A stretch of DNA of 64,000 nucleotides from Octopus vulgaris (lineage: Eukaryota): positions 43,090,001 through 43,154,000 of the forward strand of contig OX597836.1 of the NCBI GenBank assembly GCA_951406725.2, read 5' to 3'. The position numbers and the translations under genes are program-made. Shown here piece after piece: positions 58,503 through 64,000 of the stretch (the stretch's first letter is position 1; each line of letters opens with the position of its first letter). A model generated the notes under the pieces. The model saw nothing but the letters and a program-made list of their open reading frames with translations, searched no databases and was not told the origin of the DNA.

Positions 58503-60615
58503 GTGTGTTTTTTATAACTGTGTATGTCTATCCATACATATGTGTGTGTGTGGTCATGTGCGTATGTGCTAGTGCTTATGTTTGAGTGTGTATACATGCG
58601 TACTCGTGTAACGGGTGTGTATATGATAAAATAGTAAGTTTTTAAATACATACATACATACATACATACATACATACATACATACATACATACGTGTATA
58701 CGCATTGCAAATATAAAATGCACGTATATGGCCACAGGGATGCATATATATTTGTGTGCTTGTGTCCGTATGTGTGTGTGTGTGTTTGTGCGTGTATGTG
58801 TATGTACTCATGTATGTGTACATGTGGCTGTGTATGTATGAGTGTGCGTTCGTATTTGCATTCATCTTAACAATTGAATGTATACATATAAAGCAGCCAT
58901 GACTTAAGCGGTAATTTTTATAACCAGTTTTGCAACTTATACAAGAATTTTAAATAGTTGTGACGTAACTGGCGGGAAATACCAACATCCGGGTCTTCTG
59001 GCTTGTCTCCAATAGGAAGTGGAGCCACAAAGTGTCGAGTCATCAGTGGAAAGTGGACGAAGTGAATGCATAGCAGGAAACATGTGGTCAGAGGAGAAAT
59101 CGTTGAATGAAGGAGTTATTGGTCAACTAGTTTTATAGTTTGGGGTTCAAAATGTAATACATATATTTCGTTCTGTATACTTAGGTAAGTGAAGGCACAT
59201 GGCCCAGTGGTAAGAGTACGGGGCTCATAATCGTAAGACGGCGGTTTCGATTCCAGAACGAGGGCACTGGTTTGTATGCTTGAGCAAGGCACTTCATTTC
59301 GCATTGCTCCAATCTACTTAGCTTAAAGTGAGTAGCAACCTAGTACCGACGCATTTCTTTCTTTCTCTCTCTCCCTTCTTGATTTTTTTTTTTTTATATA
59401 TTTTCTCACTGACCGTGCGTCCTGGTTTTAAAAATACATAGAGAGAGACTGAAAAGTTTGCTTGGAGATACATGGTGTCTTTTATAAATCTGTCCATCTA
59501 AACTATATTAAAAACACGAAACTATTTGGTAGCTCCTTCGTAATATATGCTAAATTGATGTGTTCCCTCACTGGAGGGAGGTTTTCATTGATTCTACCAA
59601 TACTGGATCTATATATGTGTGTGTGTGTGTGTCTGTGTGGAGGCACATGGCCAAGTGGTTAGAGCAGCGGATTCGCGGTCGAGAGATCGCGGGTTCGAAT
59701 CTCAGACCGGGCGATGTGTGTGTTTATGAGCGGAACACCTAAGCTCCACGCGGCTCCGACAGAAGGTAATGGCGAAACTTCTGCTGACTCTTTCGCCACA
59801 ACTTTCTCTCACTCTTTCCTTCTGCATCTTGCAGCTCACCTGCGATGGACCGGCGACCCGACCAGGTGGGGAACCTATATACCAAGGAAACCGAGAAGGA
59901 ACAAACATATATATAGAGAAGGGTTTCTTGGCATCTAAGGCTACTTGTAGCCTGATGCTAGGATGTTTTCTTTTCCAACCGTCTAATCTGTCAAGTGTAT
60001 ATGCTAATAATGATAATAATAATAATAATCCTGATTTTGGGCACAATATTAACAATTTTGAGGAGATGGAGTTAGCCAATACCATCAACCTCTATCGACC
60101 TCTAAAAAATGAAAGGCAAATTGACCACAGAGAGATTTGAACTTAGAACTTGAAGAGACGGAACGAATGTTGCAAAGCATGTTTTCCCTAAAGCTCTAAT
60201 GATTCTACCATTAGCAATATAAGGATAACCATAAGGGACATTGAAAATGTAAATCTGTGACTGGTCGTAAGTTTTGCATTGCAGTATTGCTTGGGTGGTC
60301 GAAGCAAGGATGATAAGAGGTAATTTGACTCTTCGTGAGAGCAGTTAAAACGAAGTTCTTATGTCCATCGAAGCCAAGGAAATGCTGGGACTCTCCCTTT
60401 TTACTCTCTTTTTACTCTTTTACTTTTTTCAGTCATTTTGACTGTGGCCATGCTGGAGCACCGCCTTTAGTCGAACAAATCGACCCCAAGACTTATTCTT
60501 TGTAAGCCTAGTACTTTATTCTATCGGTCATTTTTGCCGAACCGCTAAGTCACGGGGACGTAAACACTCCAGCATCGGTTGTCAAGCGATGTTGGTGGGA
60601 CAAACACAAACACAT

Positions 60616-60704
<89 letters not shown>

Positions 60705-61106
60705 TATATACGACGGGCTTCTTTCAGTTTCCGTCAACCAAATCCACTCACAAGGCTTTGGTCGGCCCGAGTCTATAGCAGAAGACACTTTCCCAAAGTG
60801 CCACGCAGTGGGAATGAACCCGGAACCATGTGGTTGGTAAGCAAGCTACTTACCACACAGCCACTCCTGCGCCTATGCAAGACTGACTGTGAAATGTTAG
60901 GAGTGTTGTAGCAAAAGGGCATGAAACTAAAGGTGCGGAAGAAAAGGCCCAGTTGTTATTCATGTGAGAGTAAAGAACACCCGAGGGTCTTTTTCTCTGA
61001 TGAGAGATTCTCAGGTGATTCAACTCTTCCAGTGTGATACACGTACGCACACGCACGCGCACACGCAGTACAGACTCGTATACTATGTATACATTCGTAT
61101 TTACAC

Positions 61107-61151
<45 letters not shown>

Positions 61152-61252
61152 TGTAAATATGTGTACACACGTAGATATGTGTCTGTACGTATGTGTAAAT
61201 ATATACAAACATCTCTTAACCCAATATACATACATACAAACATACATATATA

Positions 61253-61288
<36 letters not shown>

Positions 61289-62179
61289 TACATACATACA
61301 TATATACATACATACATTCATACACACATACATACATGCATACTTACATACATACATGCATACTTACATACATACAAACATACATACATATATATACATA
61401 CATACATACATATATATATATACATACATACATATATACATACATACATTCATACACACATACATACCTCCGGTTTTACTGAGATCTCCCTTTTAGTAGA
61501 AAGAATAGCTATAACTCTTTGACTGCTATTTCTAAATTCGGTGTGTGGTGAGGCAAATCGTTGCTAAACCCTTAATTACTTAGTACATACATACATACAT
61601 TCATACACACATACATACATACATACATACATACACACATACATACATACATACACACATACATACATACATACATACATGCATACTTACATACATACAT
61701 ACATACATACACACATACATACATTCATACACACATACATACATACATACATACATACACACATACATACATACACACATACATACATACATACACACAT
61801 ACATACATACATAAATACATACATAAGCTTCTGAGCATCTTTTAAAAAAAAGCTAATTAGAAAAAAACAACAGAGAACAGCCGAGACAACAACAAGAACA
61901 GCGAAATTCAGTTTCGAAAGCACTGTCGATAGCAACTCTTGGAATAAAGATGCAAATATTTTGTGGTGGGTATCAGCTTGGCAACCGTGTGGAGCCGAGT
62001 TCGATTCCACAGCGAAGAAGCTTGCAGCTGCGTCTCCTATTATAGTTGTAGGCTGACCAATATCTTGTGACCAGAATTATATAGTCGGAAACTGCAGAAG
62101 ACCCCCGGGTACACACACACACAAACACACACATACACACACAAACAAACAAACAAACACATACGCATACACACACATA

Positions 62180-62800
62180 TACAGGGTGCATAAGATATTT
62201 GAGGACAGATTTATGTTTATAGAAAAAACAGATATATAATAACAGATAGTAACTTCATTTATCAAAAAATGCTATGAGGATAAAAATGAACTTTCTTTTC
62301 TTTAATGTTATTCAATAAAGCCACCTTCATCTTCAACAACTGCTTCTATATGAGATCTAAATCATCTACAAGCTTGAATCAAGTGGTCCTGGTTCATTTT
62401 GGACATTACTCTGACTATGGCAGCTTTCAAAGTAGCTTTGGTGTTATAAGCATGTTCATTGATCTCTCTCTCTCTCAACAACACTCCACATGTAAAAATC
62501 CAATGGATTGAGATCTGGGGAATTAGGAAGCCAAATGTTAGGGGTCATGTGATCAAAAAATGTTCAACCATCCATTCCTGAGTTACTAGAGCCATGTCTG
62601 ATAGTGCAGAGTCTTACTGAAACACATGTGGCCTTCCATGGCATACACTGTCTATCCAGGGATTAACAATTATTTCCAGGACCTCAATATAGACAGCAAA
62701 GTTAACTATAAGGCCTTGTGGAAAGAAGTAAGGAGGCATCACATGTCCTTCATTGCTGACAACCCCTAAAACCATGACAGTTGCAGGAAATTATGGAAAC
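62180..62800 (-). mobile_element. DD37D (maT)-like Tc1/mariner transposase fragment
   Basis: [59 protein letters not shown]; TACAGGGTG end. Confidence 0.8.
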
Positions 62801-62852
62801 TTGCCTCTCTACTCTCACTTTCCTTTTCAAGTGATACTTGAAGAAGTTGATG

Positions 62853-62955
<103 letters not shown>

Positions 62956-62958
62956 TAG

Positions 62959-63025
<67 letters not shown>

Positions 63026-63086
63026 TAGACAGACAGACAGACAGATAGATGGATGGATGGATGGATGGATATATATATATATATAT

Positions 63087-63169
<83 letters not shown>

Positions 63170-63195
63170 GTAGATAGATGGATCGATAGATAGAT

Positions 63196-63434
63196 AAGTT
63201 TCTTTATTGGCCACACAGGGCTGCACACAGATGGGACAAGTTACAAGGTAGAGCTTTTCTTTTGGGGGAGAGAAAAAAAAAAGGTGGCGTAGGTTTTCGA
63301 TCAAAAGGGATCGTAAAAGAGAAAAAAGAACAAAAAAAAGAGAAAAGAAAAAAAAGAGAAAAAAAAGGAAAAGAAAAAAAGAAAAAGGGAAAAAGAAAAG
63401 AAAAATGAAAAAAGAAGAAGAAAGAGGAAAAAAG

Positions 63435-63435
<1 letters not shown>
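63196..63435 (-). mobile_element. Tx1/L1 3' UTR copy embedded in (GATA)n
   Basis: Reverse complement of ~43230-43432. Confidence 0.8.
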
Positions 63436-63485
<50 letters not shown>

Positions 63486-63528
63486 GATAGATGGATGGAT
63501 GGATGGATGGATGGGTGGATATATATAT

Positions 63529-63572
<44 letters not shown>

Positions 63573-63915
63573 CGAGAAAGAGTGAGAGAGACGGAAATGC
63601 CTTTGTTATTCCCGTTATTTTTGTTTTAATTCAAAAGTAATTGGTAATTGTTACGTATGTTCTTTCTCGTTTAGTGCATGGCATCGTTGGTGATAATGCT
63701 GCTGTTGTTGTTGTTGTCGATGTAGATGCTACTGTTGTCGTAGCTGTTGTTGTTGTTCTTGCTGCTGTTGTGTAATTTACACGTTTTGTTTAATTAGTTA
63801 ATCCAGAGACAGGTGAGTCAGCTCTTCATCTCAAGTTCTCAACAACTTTCATTGTTTTTCTGAATATGTGTACCGTCCTTATCTGCAAATCATTATATAA
63901 AATACACATACAGGC

Positions 63916-64000
<85 letters not shown>

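Overview
Animal genomic DNA that is very AT-rich and saturated with microsatellites. It is most likely from a coleoid cephalopod (Octopus-like), inferred from the tRNA-headed SINE families and repeat landscape. Nearly all ORF-track entries are (TA)n/(TG)n/(ATCT)n/(TAA)n artefacts. One real spliced gene can be assembled by hand on the + strand, with exons 38510-38570, 41200-41337, 43998-44348, 45010-45167 and an uncertain terminal exon 45237-45263. It encodes a secreted protein of about 240 aa: signal peptide, two related six-Cys modules, a P-x-P-T-T-T mucin stalk and a C-terminal six-Cys beta-defensin-like module. The window also holds several type-I hammerhead ribozyme motifs in Penelope-like repeats. 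These include a sense-strand cluster in intron 1 of that gene and an inverted pair at 25.0-25.6 kb. The rest is transposon debris: three SINE families (two share 3' tails with LINE relics in the window), CR1, R4/Dong, Tx1/L1, RTE and CRE fragments, Tc1/mariner/maT/Tigger relics, MITEs, a Helitron, and a ~2.1 kb tandem duplication next to a 100-N gap.
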